Of a DNA stretch of 64,000 bases, positions 47,099 to 57,899 are shown piece by piece. Each line of letters starts with the position of its first letter. The first letter of the stretch is position 1. This DNA is from an uncultured Planctomycetales bacterium (GTDB lineage: Bacteria > Omnitrophota > Gorgyraeia > Zapsychrales > CAYRXT01). A model generated the notes under the pieces. That model was not told the DNA's origin. It ran no database searches and worked only from the letters and a program-made list of their open reading frames with translations. The position numbers and the translations under genes were made by a program. The stretch lies in assembly GCA_964428315.1 (NCBI GenBank), contig CAYRXT010000002.1, forward strand, positions 6,859 through 70,858, given 5' to 3'.

Positions 47099-48152
47099 TT
47101 TTATCAGCCAGCCCGGAGAATGGCTCCGCGGAACGGGGCCGAATTCCAACATCGTTATGTCTTCGCGCATCCGGCTGGCCCGGAACATCGATGCGGTCGC
47201 GTTTCCCAACAGGGCGACCAAAAAGACCTCGAATGAAATCTTGTCGACTGTGCGGGGGGCCATGGATCAGGTCGACTATTTCAAGAATTTTTCTTATTTC
47301 CGCATCAATGAGCTGGAAAACCTGGACAGGCAGTTTTTGATCGAAAGGCATCTGATGAGCCGCGAGCACGCCTCCCAGGGTGAGGGCAAGGCCCTGATTG
47401 TGTCCAAAGAGGAGATCCTTTCGGTGATGATCAATGAGGAGGATCATCTGCGCATCCAGGTCATGCAGTCAGGCCTGAATCTCTTCGAATGCTGGAACAT
47501 CATCAGCATGATCGACGACAAGCTTTCGACGAAATTGCATTTCGCTTTCCTGCCCGAATGGGGATACCTGACCTCCTGCCCGACGAACACGGGGACGGGA
47601 CTGCGCGGATCGGTTATGCTGCATCTGCCGGCTCTGGTGATGACCAAGCAGATCAACAAGGTCCTGGCGGCAGTCGCCAAACTGAGCTTTACCTCCCGGG
47701 GATTTTATGGTGAAGGCACCCAGGCGAGCGGCAATTTCTTCCAGATTTCCAACCAGATCTCGCTTGGCCACAGCGAGAGTGATATTATCCAGAACCTCAA
47801 CGGTTTGATCCGTCAGGTCATTGAACAGGAAGAACAGGCCCGCCAGGCGCTTTATATGCAGAACCGGCCCGTCCTGGAAGACAAGATATGCCGTTCATTC
47901 GGGATCCTGAGAAGCGCCCACATCATCTCCAGTCAGGAGACGGCGGAGCTGTTGTCCATGGTGCGTCTGGGGATCGACATGGGTATCCTTTCCGATCTCC
48001 AGAAAAAGAACATCAATGAACTTTTCATCATGATTCAGCCCGCCCATCTTCAAAAACTTGAGGGGAAAAAACTTTCCTCCCAGGAAAGGGACATCAAAAG
48101 GGCGAAACTGATCCGGGAGAGGCTGAAGGGGGGCGAAGAGAATAAAGGATGA
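47085..48152 (+). CDS. mcsB: Protein-arginine kinase McsB (ATP:guanido phosphotransferase)
   Basis: 'SRIRLARNIDAVAFP' and 'CPTNTGTGLR'. Start overlaps the mcsA stop by 14 nt. The ORF-track N-terminal extension from 46890 is rejected. Confidence 0.8.
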   Translation: MKVNDFISQPGEWLRGTGPNSNIVMSSRIRLARNIDAVAFPNRATKKTSNEILSTVRGAMDQVDYFKNFSYFRINELENLDRQFLIERHLMSREHASQGEGKALIVSKEEILSVMINEEDHLRIQVMQSGLNLFECWNIISMIDDKLSTKLHFAFLPEWGYLTSCPTNTGTGLRGSVMLHLPALVMTKQINKVLAAVAKLSFTSRGFYGEGTQASGNFFQISNQISLGHSESDIIQNLNGLIRQVIEQEEQARQALYMQNRPVLEDKICRSFGILRSAHIISSQETAELLSMVRLGIDMGILSDLQKKNINELFIMIQPAHLQKLEGKKLSSQERDIKRAKLIRERLKGGEENKG

Positions 48153-48219
48153 GCTCACGGCCGATGGAAAACCGGGCCGTTATGTAAAATAGATAAAAAC
48201 AAGAAGAGGAGTTGCCGTC

Positions 48220-50637
48220 ATGTTTAACCGGTTCACTGAACGCGCGCGAAAAGTTATCGTCCTGGCCAAAGAAGAGGCAAGACGGTTCAATCATGATTAT
48301 ATCGGAACGGAACATCTTTTGTTGGGCCTGATACGGGAAGGAGAGGGCGTCGCTGCAGCGGTTCTGCAAAAACTGGGACTCGACCTGGAGACGATCCGTA
48401 TTGAAGTCGAGAAACTCGTCCAGCCCGGACCGCAGACCCAGGTTTTGGGGGATATCCCGTTTACACCACGCTCGAAAAAGGCCCTCGAGCTTTCGGCTGA
48501 AGAGGCGCGGGCCCTGGGGCATAATTACATCGGGACCGAACATCTTCTTTTGGGATTGATCAAGGAGGGGGAGGGCATGGCCTACCGCGTCCTTCTCAAT
48601 CTGGGGCTTGACCTGAACAAGGTGCGCAGCGAGGTAATGGATCTCCTGGGTTCCGGGATCCCCGGATTCAATGCCCAGGAACAGACCAAAGGCGGAAAGA
48701 CGCCTGCGATCGACGCTTACGGCCGGAACCTTAACCGCCTGGCCAAAGAAGGTAAACTGGACCCCGTCATCGGGAGGCAGAACGAGATCGAACGGATTGT
48801 CCAGATCTTGAGCCGTAGGACCAAGAACAATCCCGTCTTGCTCGGCGAGGCCGGGGTCGGCAAGACCGCTATCGTCGAGGGTCTGGCCCAGCTGATCGTC
48901 CGCGGGGATGTCCCCGAGATCCTGCGGGACAAGAATATGGTGGTCTTGGACCTTGCCTTGATGATCGCCGGCACAAAGTACCGCGGGCAGTTCGAAGAAC
49001 GGATCAAGGCCATCATGGACGAGATCAAGCGTTCGGGCAGGATTATCCTTTTTATCGATGAACTGCACACGCTGGTTGGGGCAGGAGCGGCCGAGGGGGC
49101 CATAGACGCGGCGAATATCCTGAAACCGGCCCTGGCCCGGGGCGAGATCCAGTGCATCGGGGCAACTACCCTGGACGAATACCGCAAACACATCGAGAAA
49201 GATGCCGCGCTGGAAAGGCGTTTTCAGACCATCATGGTCGAGCCGCCGTCTATCGACGAGACGGTCCAGATCCTCAAGGGCCTGAGGGACAAGTACGAGG
49301 CCCATCACAGGGTGAAATTCTCCGATGCGGCCCTGGAGGCCGCCGCCAAGCTGTCCGACCGCTATATCTCCGGGCGCTTTTTGCCCGACAAGGCCGTTGA
49401 CATCCTTGACGAAGCAGGTTCGCGCGCCCGGTTGAGCACAATGGTGGTCCCCGACGAGATCAAACAACTGGAAGAACAGATCGAACAGCTGAAGCAGGAA
49501 AAGGAATCGCATATCAAAAGCCAGAACTTCGAGAAGGCGGCCAAGATGCGCGACCAGGAACGTGAGGCCCGCGAGAAATTGGAGAAAATGCGTTCTGACT
49601 GGGCCAAACAGAGAGATAACATCACGCCGACGTTGAGCGACGAAGAAATAGCCCGGGTCATCGCCCAATGGACCAAGATACCGCTAATCCGTCTGGAAGA
49701 AAAAGAGTCGGAGAAACTGCTGAAACTCGAAGAGAATATGCGCAAAGTAGTCATCGGACAGGACGAGGCTATCGGGGCAATCGCCAGGGCCGTGCGGCGT
49801 TCGCGCGCCCGGATCAAAGACCCCCGCCGGCCCATCGGTTCATTCATCTTTCTGGGGCCGACGGGTGTGGGTAAGACTCTGCTGGCCAGGGTGCTTTCCC
49901 AGTTCATGTTCGGAGACGAAAACGCGCTCATCCAGATCGACATGTCGGAATACATGGACAAGTTCAACGTCTCGCGTCTTATCGGCGCGCCCCCCGGTTA
50001 TGTGGGATACGAAGAAGGGGGACAGCTGACCGAGCGCGTCCGGCGTCGTCCCTACAGCGTTATCCTCCTGGACGAGATCGAAAAAGCGCATCCGGATGTC
50101 TTCAACATCCTCCTGCAGGTCATGGAAGACGGCCGCATGACCGACAGTATGGGACGAAAGATCGATTTCCGGAATTCCATTATTATCATGACGTCCAATG
50201 TCGGGGCCGAACTCCTTCGCAAGGGCGGTGCCCTGGGTTTTGTGGCCCAGAAAGAGGACATGGATTATCAACAGATGAAGGACCAGCTTTTGGAAGAGGT
50301 CAAAAAGCGTTTCAAACCCGAATTCCTCAACAGGATCGACGATATTATTGTTTTCAAATCGCTGTCCCGGCAAAATCTGGATGATATTGTCCACCTTGAG
50401 GTCAATGAGGTGGCCGAACGCCTTAAAGAACAGCAGATCGATATCGTGCTGACGCCTGAGGCGACAAACCTCTTGATTGAGAAGGGCTTTGATCCGGTTT
50501 TCGGCGCGAGGCCGCTGAAAAGGACGATCCAGCGTCTGCTTGAAGACCCCCTGGCGGAAGAAATTATATCGGGAAGATTCAAAGAAGGCAGCAAAGTCAA
50601 GGTGAGCCGAAAACAGGACACCTTGGTCTTTGAATAG
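48220..50637 (+). CDS. clpC: ATP-dependent Clp protease ATP-binding subunit ClpC
   Basis: Duplicated Clp_N repeats, two AAA+ modules ('GEAGVGKTA', 'GPTGVGKT'), and a UVR linker. Confidence 0.9.
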   Translation: MFNRFTERARKVIVLAKEEARRFNHDYIGTEHLLLGLIREGEGVAAAVLQKLGLDLETIRIEVEKLVQPGPQTQVLGDIPFTPRSKKALELSAEEARALGHNYIGTEHLLLGLIKEGEGMAYRVLLNLGLDLNKVRSEVMDLLGSGIPGFNAQEQTKGGKTPAIDAYGRNLNRLAKEGKLDPVIGRQNEIERIVQILSRRTKNNPVLLGEAGVGKTAIVEGLAQLIVRGDVPEILRDKNMVVLDLALMIAGTKYRGQFEERIKAIMDEIKRSGRIILFIDELHTLVGAGAAEGAIDAANILKPALARGEIQCIGATTLDEYRKHIEKDAALERRFQTIMVEPPSIDETVQILKGLRDKYEAHHRVKFSDAALEAAAKLSDRYISGRFLPDKAVDILDEAGSRARLSTMVVPDEIKQLEEQIEQLKQEKESHIKSQNFEKAAKMRDQEREAREKLEKMRSDWAKQRDNITPTLSDEEIARVIAQWTKIPLIRLEEKESEKLLKLEENMRKVVIGQDEAIGAIARAVRRSRARIKDPRRPIGSFIFLGPTGVGKTLLARVLSQFMFGDENALIQIDMSEYMDKFNVSRLIGAPPGYVGYEEGGQLTERVRRRPYSVILLDEIEKAHPDVFNILLQVMEDGRMTDSMGRKIDFRNSIIIMTSNVGAELLRKGGALGFVAQKEDMDYQQMKDQLLEEVKKRFKPEFLNRIDDIIVFKSLSRQNLDDIVHLEVNEVAERLKEQQIDIVLTPEATNLLIEKGFDPVFGARPLKRTIQRLLEDPLAEEIISGRFKEGSKVKVSRKQDTLVFE

Positions 50638-51627
50638 ATGACTATTCGATGTTTCCTTGCCCTTGTTTTCCTGCTTTTGTCTTGGCCTGCCGAAATGACA
50701 GCCGAAGAGGTCTGTTCTTTTCGAGGTGAGATCGATTTCGCGCGCCATCGAGCCACGGTGCAGTTGCATCCGGAAGAAGGGCGTTCCCTTTCGCTCACGT
50801 TTGTCGCCCAGGCTGAAGGACAGTTTTCATTGGTAACGAAACTGGACCATATCCTCACGCCCTGGTTTGAATTGTCTACGGTCCTGGAAAGCCGTGTTTC
50901 GCGCCGTCAGGGAAAGAATGAAGGCCAAAGACCGTTGCTCCAAGGCACTCTTTGGAGCAAGTATTCACTCATTGATTATAAACCTATTGACGAAATCAGC
51001 GGGCAGTTCGAAGTGCGGGACGGGCGCCTTCATCTGCAGGCCCTGCGATGGGGGGAGAACATAGTCAAGGGGTATATCGGTTTAAGCGCCCCGTACGAAT
51101 GCCAGCTGGTTATCGTGTTCTCGGAGGTCCCCGCCGCGGAATTGGCGGAACTCCTGGGCCTGGATGTCAGGGATATAAAGATAACGGGTTTTTTTGACGG
51201 CGTCATTAACCTTTCCGGTTTTCTCGACCAGCCACTCATCCAGGGGCGGGTGGAGAGCGTCGAAGGCGTCATGGATGAGCTGGAATACGACAGCATGGTC
51301 CTGAATTTTGAAGGCCTTTTCCCTTATATTACGTTTAAGGATGCCGTGATATCCCAGACCAACGGGCTGGTTTTTGATCTGAAGGGGCAATTCGACTTGA
51401 CGAAAGCGGGGCCGGAGACGATTGAACAGGAGATAGCCAAGCTGGAATTTTCCCCTCTTGTGGCCGAAAGCATGGAGCATCGGGAATGGACTATCAAGCG
51501 AAACAAAGAAGAGGGGACATCTTCCTTGACCGAGTTTAAGTACCGTCTTAAGAAAAAGACGGAGAGCAACGCCCCTTATGAGAGCGACGCGGACATGCTG
51601 GGCGTTGAACGAAGCATTAAATTCTGA
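50638..51627 (+). CDS. Hypothetical secreted protein (beta-rich, possibly AsmA/DUF3971-like)
   Basis: N-terminal signal-like segment and no recognisable catalytic motif. Inserted between clpC and radA. Confidence 0.4.
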   Translation: MTIRCFLALVFLLLSWPAEMTAEEVCSFRGEIDFARHRATVQLHPEEGRSLSLTFVAQAEGQFSLVTKLDHILTPWFELSTVLESRVSRRQGKNEGQRPLLQGTLWSKYSLIDYKPIDEISGQFEVRDGRLHLQALRWGENIVKGYIGLSAPYECQLVIVFSEVPAAELAELLGLDVRDIKITGFFDGVINLSGFLDQPLIQGRVESVEGVMDELEYDSMVLNFEGLFPYITFKDAVISQTNGLVFDLKGQFDLTKAGPETIEQEIAKLEFSPLVAESMEHREWTIKRNKEEGTSSLTEFKYRLKKKTESNAPYESDADMLGVERSIKF

Positions 51628-51629
51628 TT

Positions 51630-53003
51630 ATGAAGACAAAAACCGTATTTGTCTGCCAGAATTGCGGGGCGCAGTCACCGCGCTGGGCGGGGAAGTGCGT
51701 CAACTGCGACAGCTGGAACTCTCTCATCGAGGAGAGGATAGGCCAGGAATCCTTCGACAACCGCCTGCAGGTTTCTTCCAAAGGCAAGCCCGTTCTTTTG
51801 CGGGATATCTCCGCTGAAAAGGAAGAACGATTTATCACGGGTATCGGTGAATTTGACAGGGTGATGGGCGGAGGCATCGTCCCCGGTTCGGTCACATTGA
51901 TCGGCGGCGATCCCGGCATAGGCAAGTCAACGATTTCGATGCAGTTCGGATGTCTGTTGAGCGAAAGAGGCAAAAAGGTCCTGTATGTCAGTGCGGAGGA
52001 ATCCGTTAAGCAGGCCAAGATGCGCGCCGACCGTCTGACCTCGGCCCAAAACAATTCGCTCTATATCGTCAGTCAGATCGATCTGAACACCGTCATCGAA
52101 TATATCGAAAAGATGGCCCCCGACGCGGTCGTCATTGATTCGATCCAGGTCGTCTACCAGCCCGAGATCTCGTCCAGTCCGGGGAGCGTGAGCCAGGTCA
52201 GGGAATGCGCCGGCATTTTGACGCAGATGGCCAAGGCCAGGGGCATGGCGCTGTTTTTAATCGGCCATGTCACCAAAGAAGGGATGCTGGCCGGCCCGCG
52301 CGTCCTGGAACACATGGTGGATACGGTGCTTTATTTTGAGGGTGAGCGCTATTCCTCCTATCGTATTCTTCGGGCGAACAAGAACCGGTTCGGCTCGACC
52401 AACGAAATCGGTGTTTTCGAGATGTCCTCCGCCGGGCTCATCGAGGTCGCAAATCCGTCGGAGATTTTCCTCCAGGAACGGCCGAAGGATTCCTCGGGGT
52501 CGGTCGTCGTTCCCATCCTGGAAGGCACCCGGCCTTTTCTGGTGGAAGTGCAGGGCCTGGTCTCCCGGGCGGGTTACGGGATGGTGCGTCAGAAGGCCCA
52601 GGGTTTTGACGCCAACCGACTCGCGCTCCTGGCGGCGGTGCTGGAAAAGAAACTTGGCCTGAATCTCCAGGACAAGGACATATTTTTGAACGTGGTCGGC
52701 GGCGTAAAGGTCATGGACCCGGCGGCGGACCTCGGTGTCTGTCTGGCCATCGCGTCGGCCTTGTTTGACCGCGCGGTCGCTTCGGACTGCCTGGTTCTCG
52801 GCGAGGTTGGACTATCGGCGGAGGTGCGCAGCGTCAGCCATCTGGTGCCGAGGCTCAGCGAGGCTCAAAAGCTGGGATTCAGGACGTGTCTGTTGCCGAA
52901 GAACAATTGTAAGTCGCGCTTCAAACCGGGAGACTTCCGGCTCGAGATTGTCGCCGTAGAGACGCTGAGAGAGGCCTGGAATATTATCCAATCGCATTCC
53001 TAA
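51630..53003 (+). CDS. radA: DNA repair protein RadA/Sms
   Basis: Zn finger 'CQNCGAQSPRWAGKCVNC', RecA-like Walker A 'GDPGIGKST', 'KNRFG', and a Lon-like C-terminal domain. Confidence 0.9.
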   Translation: MKTKTVFVCQNCGAQSPRWAGKCVNCDSWNSLIEERIGQESFDNRLQVSSKGKPVLLRDISAEKEERFITGIGEFDRVMGGGIVPGSVTLIGGDPGIGKSTISMQFGCLLSERGKKVLYVSAEESVKQAKMRADRLTSAQNNSLYIVSQIDLNTVIEYIEKMAPDAVVIDSIQVVYQPEISSSPGSVSQVRECAGILTQMAKARGMALFLIGHVTKEGMLAGPRVLEHMVDTVLYFEGERYSSYRILRANKNRFGSTNEIGVFEMSSAGLIEVANPSEIFLQERPKDSSGSVVVPILEGTRPFLVEVQGLVSRAGYGMVRQKAQGFDANRLALLAAVLEKKLGLNLQDKDIFLNVVGGVKVMDPAADLGVCLAIASALFDRAVASDCLVLGEVGLSAEVRSVSHLVPRLSEAQKLGFRTCLLPKNNCKSRFKPGDFRLEIVAVETLREAWNIIQSHS

Positions 53004-53024
53004 CTTTGAGCAAAGGAGCAATCC

Positions 53025-54002
53025 ATGACCCTTGTCTTTATCCGTATTTTCTTTGTCATTATTAGTGCGGTAGTCGGCTATCAGGTGGGGGCGATCTATC
53101 AGGTGGAGTTTTGGGGGATCGTTTTGGGTTTCCTGAGCGGGGTGATCCTTATTGCCATGGAGGCCGGTTTGCGGCGTGTTTCGGTGCGGGGGCTCTCCAG
53201 CATGGTTTTCGGTCTTGTCCTGGGTATCATTATGGCCAAGCTTTTGACGGATATCCTTTCGCTCTTGCCCTGGTCCGAAGGCGTACATGAGATTATTAGG
53301 GTGGTCTTGACTATTGTCTTTGCTTACCTGGGTGCCGTCATGGCCCTGCGGGGAAAAGACGACTTCAACATCATTATTCCTTATGTCCGGCTGCGCAGGC
53401 AAGATACGCGGGCTGATATGGCCCTCCTGGACACCAGTGCCATTATCGACGGACGCATAGCCGACATTTCGAAGACAAATTTTTTTGAGGCGCGCATGGT
53501 GGTTCCGCGCTTCGTCCTTCAGGAGTTGCAGCGCATCGCCGATTCGGAGGATTCCCTCAAACGCCAGCGCGGCCGCCGGGGCATGGAGCTTCTGCGCACG
53601 ATGCAGAAGGATCCCACCGTGGATGTGCGCATCCATGAAGACGAATTGCCCGGCAATGTCGACGTGGATACACGGCTGATACAGCTGGCGAAGATCATCG
53701 ATGCCAAGATATGCACGACCGACTTCAATCTTAACCGGGTGGCGTCTATTCAAGGGGTCAGGGTCCTGAACGTCAACGAACTGGCCAATGCGGTAAAGTC
53801 CGTCATCTATCCGGGCGAGTCGATGGAAGTGAAACTCCTCAAAGAAGGGAAGGAGCCGAATCAGGCCATAGCCTACATGGATGACGGCACAATGATCGTA
53901 GTAACCGATGCCAAAAAACTCATAGGTCAGAACGTGAAAGTCGAGGTGACCTCGGTGTTGCAGACGCAGGCCGGGAGGATGATTTTCGCGAAACTCGTAT
54001 GA
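53025..54002 (+). CDS. yacL: Membrane-anchored PIN plus TRAM domain protein (YacL-like)
   Basis: N-terminal TM helices, PIN acidic residues ('LLDTSAIIDGRI'), and a C-terminal TRAM 'GQNVKVEVTS'. Confidence 0.7.
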   Translation: MTLVFIRIFFVIISAVVGYQVGAIYQVEFWGIVLGFLSGVILIAMEAGLRRVSVRGLSSMVFGLVLGIIMAKLLTDILSLLPWSEGVHEIIRVVLTIVFAYLGAVMALRGKDDFNIIIPYVRLRRQDTRADMALLDTSAIIDGRIADISKTNFFEARMVVPRFVLQELQRIADSEDSLKRQRGRRGMELLRTMQKDPTVDVRIHEDELPGNVDVDTRLIQLAKIIDAKICTTDFNLNRVASIQGVRVLNVNELANAVKSVIYPGESMEVKLLKEGKEPNQAIAYMDDGTMIVVTDAKKLIGQNVKVEVTSVLQTQAGRMIFAKLV

Positions 54003-54715
54003 AAACAGAAGCGATCGTCTTGGCGGCCGGAGAGGGCCGCCGGCTAAACACACGGCTCCCCAAGGCCTTGGTCGAGTTGGCCGGCAAACCCATCGTGGCC
54101 CATAGCCTTGAGGCGTTGGCCGCCTTGTCTTGCGTCGACAGTCTGGTCCTGGTCGGGCATCCCGGTTATTTGGCAGATTTTGAGGCGCTTGGCAAAACGG
54201 TGGCGCCGTCGAAAAGCATCAAGGTTATAGCCGGGGGGCAGCAGCGGGCCGACTCTGTTCGCCTGGCGCTGGCGGTTCTTGAAAAGGACACGGAAGCCGT
54301 TGTCATCCATGACGGGGCGCGGCCTTTCCTCGACGGAGACAGGCTGGGGGAGGCCGTTGAACTGATCGGACGGGAGCCTGCCGTGATTTTTGCCGTTCCC
54401 GTCAAGCCCACGATAAAGAAGGTCGACCGCCAGACTCTCCAGGTTATCGAGACCATCGACAGGACGAGGCTCTGGGAGGTCCAGACGCCGCAGATATTCC
54501 GCAGGGACGTCATCTGTGAGGCCCATGCGCGGTTTGCCGGCCAGTTCCCGACGGACGACAGCACGCTTGTTGAAAAACTGGGACGGAAAGTCAGAGTTGT
54601 GGAAGGGGAGTATGCGAACATTAAGATCACCACGCCGGAGGATTTACGGCTGGCCGGTTTGATCTATGCCGGTAGGAAGGGGGATGTCGGGGATGCGCGT
54701 CGGGATCGGTTATGA
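53999..54715 (+). CDS. ispD: 2-C-methyl-D-erythritol 4-phosphate cytidylyltransferase
   Basis: 'AIVLAAGEGRRL' and the IspD fold. Confidence 0.85.
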   Translation: MKTEAIVLAAGEGRRLNTRLPKALVELAGKPIVAHSLEALAALSCVDSLVLVGHPGYLADFEALGKTVAPSKSIKVIAGGQQRADSVRLALAVLEKDTEAVVIHDGARPFLDGDRLGEAVELIGREPAVIFAVPVKPTIKKVDRQTLQVIETIDRTRLWEVQTPQIFRRDVICEAHARFAGQFPTDDSTLVEKLGRKVRVVEGEYANIKITTPEDLRLAGLIYAGRKGDVGDARRDRL

Positions 54716-55175
54716 TCTTCACCGTCTCGTTGAGGGGCGGCGGCTCGTCCTGGGGGGCGTGGACATCCCTTATTCCAAGGGTTTGGAAGGGCATTCGGAC
54801 GCGGACGTCCTCGTGCACGCTGTCGCCGATGCCCTGCTCGGCGCGGCAGGCTTGGGGGACATCGGAGAGCACTTTCCCGACACGGACGAGAGATACAGAA
54901 ATATAGCGAGCGTGCTGCTGTTGGAGGAGGTCAAGAAAAGCCTGTTGAACAAAGGGTATCGGATCTACAACGTTGACGCGGTCGTTGTTGCCGATAAGCC
55001 CTCGTTGATGGATTATAAGCTGAAAATGCGGGAGAAGATCGCTTCCGTTCTCGAACTCGGCTCCGATCAGGTGAATGTCAAGGCCACCACGCGCGAGGGC
55101 CTTGGCTTCGGGTCGGGTATCCAGGAGGCCGTGGCGGCGTATGCCGTGGCCGTGTTAAAGGAGGAAGGCAGATGA
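54684..55175 (+). CDS. ispF: 2-C-methyl-D-erythritol 2,4-cyclodiphosphate synthase
   Basis: '[12 protein letters not shown]' and '[17 protein letters not shown]'. Confidence 0.9.
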   Translation: MSGMRVGIGYDLHRLVEGRRLVLGGVDIPYSKGLEGHSDADVLVHAVADALLGAAGLGDIGEHFPDTDERYRNIASVLLLEEVKKSLLNKGYRIYNVDAVVVADKPSLMDYKLKMREKIASVLELGSDQVNVKATTREGLGFGSGIQEAVAAYAVAVLKEEGR

Positions 55176-55882
55176 ATCCGGTGCTGACTGTCATAGTGTT
55201 CATCCTGGCCGTCCACGTCATTTGGGTTTTGACGGCCCTGATATTTTTCTCGGGAGAGGTGAAGGCCGCCCAGGAGCGCGATCCGGCGGCCCGAAACCGT
55301 TTGGAAGTGACCTTGCTTTATCCCGGTCTTCATGCCATCATGGCTTATCGGATAAACCATACCTTATGGAATGGCAGGATCCCGTTTTTCCCGAGGGCCT
55401 TTTCGCAGTTAACACGCTTTCTGACCGGTGTGGAAATCCATCCCGGCGCCCGGATTGGTCACAATTTTTTCATCGACCACGGGCACGGCGTCGTGATAGG
55501 CGAGACGTCGGTCATAGGAAACAATGTGACGATTTTCCAGGGGGTGACCCTTGGCGGGACGGGAAAGGAGCAGGGTAAACGGCATCCGACCATCGGGGAC
55601 AATGTGGTCATCGGTGCCGGGGCGAAGATCCTGGGAGATATCACGGTCGGGAGCAATTCCTATATCGGCGCCAATGCGGTTATTATCCGGAATGTCCCCC
55701 TTAATTCCACGGTTGTCGGAGTCCCGGGCCGGATAACCCGCCAGGACGGCAAAAAGATCGACATCCTCATGGACCATATCCATGTCCTTGACCCTATGGT
55801 CCAGGCTATGGAGGATCTGAACCGCAAGATCAAGCATCTGGATAAGAAGATCAACGAACGACAGTCACGGGAGACGACATGA
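55172..55882 (+). CDS. cysE: Serine O-acetyltransferase
   Basis: '[20 protein letters not shown]', hexapeptide '[25 protein letters not shown]'. The N-terminal 25 aa are hydrophobic and the start is uncertain. Confidence 0.8.
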   Translation: MNPVLTVIVFILAVHVIWVLTALIFFSGEVKAAQERDPAARNRLEVTLLYPGLHAIMAYRINHTLWNGRIPFFPRAFSQLTRFLTGVEIHPGARIGHNFFIDHGHGVVIGETSVIGNNVTIFQGVTLGGTGKEQGKRHPTIGDNVVIGAGAKILGDITVGSNSYIGANAVIIRNVPLNSTVVGVPGRITRQDGKKIDILMDHIHVLDPMVQAMEDLNRKIKHLDKKINERQSRETT

Positions 55883-57285
55883 TGGGCCTCAGGATCACCA
55901 ATTCCCTGAGCCGGAAAAAAGAAGAGTTCATCCCACTCAAGGACAAGATTGTCAACATGTATACCTGCGGCGTGACGGCGTACGACAAATGCCATATCGG
56001 ACACGCGCGCAGCCTTTATATCTTTGACGTGATGCGACGGTATCTGGCCTTTCGGGGTTATACGGTCAATTTTGTACGAAACATCACGGATGTGGATGAC
56101 AAGATTATCAGCAAGGCCAGGGAATTGAAGGTGTCAAGCCGCCGGGTGGCCGAGGACAACATCCGTCTTTATGAGAAGGACCTGAAGGACCTCGGCATTG
56201 CCGCGGCTGACAAGGAACCCAGGGCCACCGAGAACATCCCGGCCATCATCCAGGCCGTTCAGGCGCTGGTGGAGAAGGATATGGCTTACGAAAGGGAGGG
56301 CGATGTCTATTTCCGGGTGCGCCGTTTCAAAGACTACGGCAGATTGTCCGGACAGAGTATCGAGAACATCATGGAGGCCGTGCGGATCGAGAAAGATGAA
56401 AAGAAAGAAGACCCTCTGGATTTCGCACTCTGGAAGAAGTCCCGGGAGGATGAGCCAAGCTGGGAAAGCCCCTGGGGCGGCGGAAGACCGGGGTGGCATA
56501 TCGAATGTTCAGTGATGAGCCTCGAACATCTGAAGTGCAAGACCCTGGACATTCACGCGGGTGGCCGCGACCTGATCTTTCCCCATCACGAGAACGAGAT
56601 CGCCCAGGCCGAGGCGTTGACGGGCGCCCCTTTTGCCAGGTACTGGGTCCACAACGGCCTTCTGACCATTAACGGTCAGAAGATGGCCAAATCCCTGGGG
56701 AATTATATCACCATCCAGGAAGCCCTGGACCGTTTTCACGTGGACGACCTGAAGATATTTTTTCTCTCGTCGCATTATGCCAGCCCGATCGATTTTTCCG
56801 AGCCCAAAATGGAAGAGGCGCATAAGATGATGCAGCGGTTCGACGTCCTGTTCTGGAAGGCCTCGGAGATCATCCAGGAGAAAGAACTGATCCCCGAAAC
56901 GGCGGACTTTATCCAAAAGGCCAAAGCCGGTTTTATCGAGGCCTTGGACGATGATTTCAATACGCCGCAGGCCCTGGCCTGTCTTTTTTGCCTCGTGAAT
57001 GACACCAACAAATTTATCGATGAGCGGAAAGACACCGAGCAGTACGCCGCCGTCGTCTATTGCGCCGTCGATACCCTTGAGGCGCTGGCCGGAAAGATCT
57101 TCGGTTTTTTCCGCAAGGAGCCTCAAAGGGAACTGAAAGACGAGGAACGCGCCTTGCTGGAGGAGCGCGCGCAGGCGCGGGTCCGCAAGGACTTCAGCCG
57201 TTCGGACGAACTGCGGGCGCTATTGCGCGAGAGAGATATCATCGTTGAAGACACCCCGCGGGGGCAGACATGGCGGTGGGCGTGA
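55879..57285 (+). CDS. cysS: Cysteinyl-tRNA synthetase
   Basis: '[16 protein letters not shown]' (HIGH), 'KMAKSLGN' (KMSKS), and a Zn-binding Cys. Confidence 0.9.
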   Translation: MMGLRITNSLSRKKEEFIPLKDKIVNMYTCGVTAYDKCHIGHARSLYIFDVMRRYLAFRGYTVNFVRNITDVDDKIISKARELKVSSRRVAEDNIRLYEKDLKDLGIAAADKEPRATENIPAIIQAVQALVEKDMAYEREGDVYFRVRRFKDYGRLSGQSIENIMEAVRIEKDEKKEDPLDFALWKKSREDEPSWESPWGGGRPGWHIECSVMSLEHLKCKTLDIHAGGRDLIFPHHENEIAQAEALTGAPFARYWVHNGLLTINGQKMAKSLGNYITIQEALDRFHVDDLKIFFLSSHYASPIDFSEPKMEEAHKMMQRFDVLFWKASEIIQEKELIPETADFIQKAKAGFIEALDDDFNTPQALACLFCLVNDTNKFIDERKDTEQYAAVVYCAVDTLEALAGKIFGFFRKEPQRELKDEERALLEERAQARVRKDFSRSDELRALLRERDIIVEDTPRGQTWRWA

Positions 57286-57899
57286 AGGGCAGGTTTATCA
57301 CCTTTGAGGGATTCGAGGGCTCGGGCAAGAGCACGCAGGCCCGTCTGCTCTGCCGTTATCTGAGCGAGAAGAAACACGACGTTTTACATATCCGCGAACC
57401 GGGCGGTGTGGGGATATCCGAACAGATCCGCGGCATCCTGCTGGATGTCAATAACAGACACATGGCCTCCACCTGCGAGACACTCCTTTATATGGCTGCC
57501 CGCGCGCAACTGGTTAGCGAGAAGATCATCCCGGCCTTAGAGAAGGGCATTACCGTCGTCTGCGACCGGTTCCTGGACTCCACCGTGGCCTATCAGGGAT
57601 ACGGATGCGGAGTGGACATCCCCACAATTAAACGGATAGGGCGCTTCATAACGCGAGGGGTCAGGCCTGACGTCACGTTTCTTATCGATATCAATGTAAA
57701 CGAAGGACTGAGGAGGACGGGATGCGTCAAGGACCGCATCGAACAGCGTTCCCTGACCTATCACAACCGGGTCCGGCGGGGTTATCTGGATATGAGCAAG
57801 AAAGAGCCGCGCCGCATTATTCTGATCGACGGACGCTCGGACAAAGACGCGATACAGAGCAAGATCCGGGATATTCTGCACAGAAAATGGAAGTTTTGA
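57270..57899 (+). CDS. tmk: Thymidylate kinase
   Basis: 'ITFEGFEGSGKSTQ'. Confidence 0.85.
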   Translation: MAVGVKGRFITFEGFEGSGKSTQARLLCRYLSEKKHDVLHIREPGGVGISEQIRGILLDVNNRHMASTCETLLYMAARAQLVSEKIIPALEKGITVVCDRFLDSTVAYQGYGCGVDIPTIKRIGRFITRGVRPDVTFLIDINVNEGLRRTGCVKDRIEQRSLTYHNRVRRGYLDMSKKEPRRIILIDGRSDKDAIQSKIRDILHRKWKF

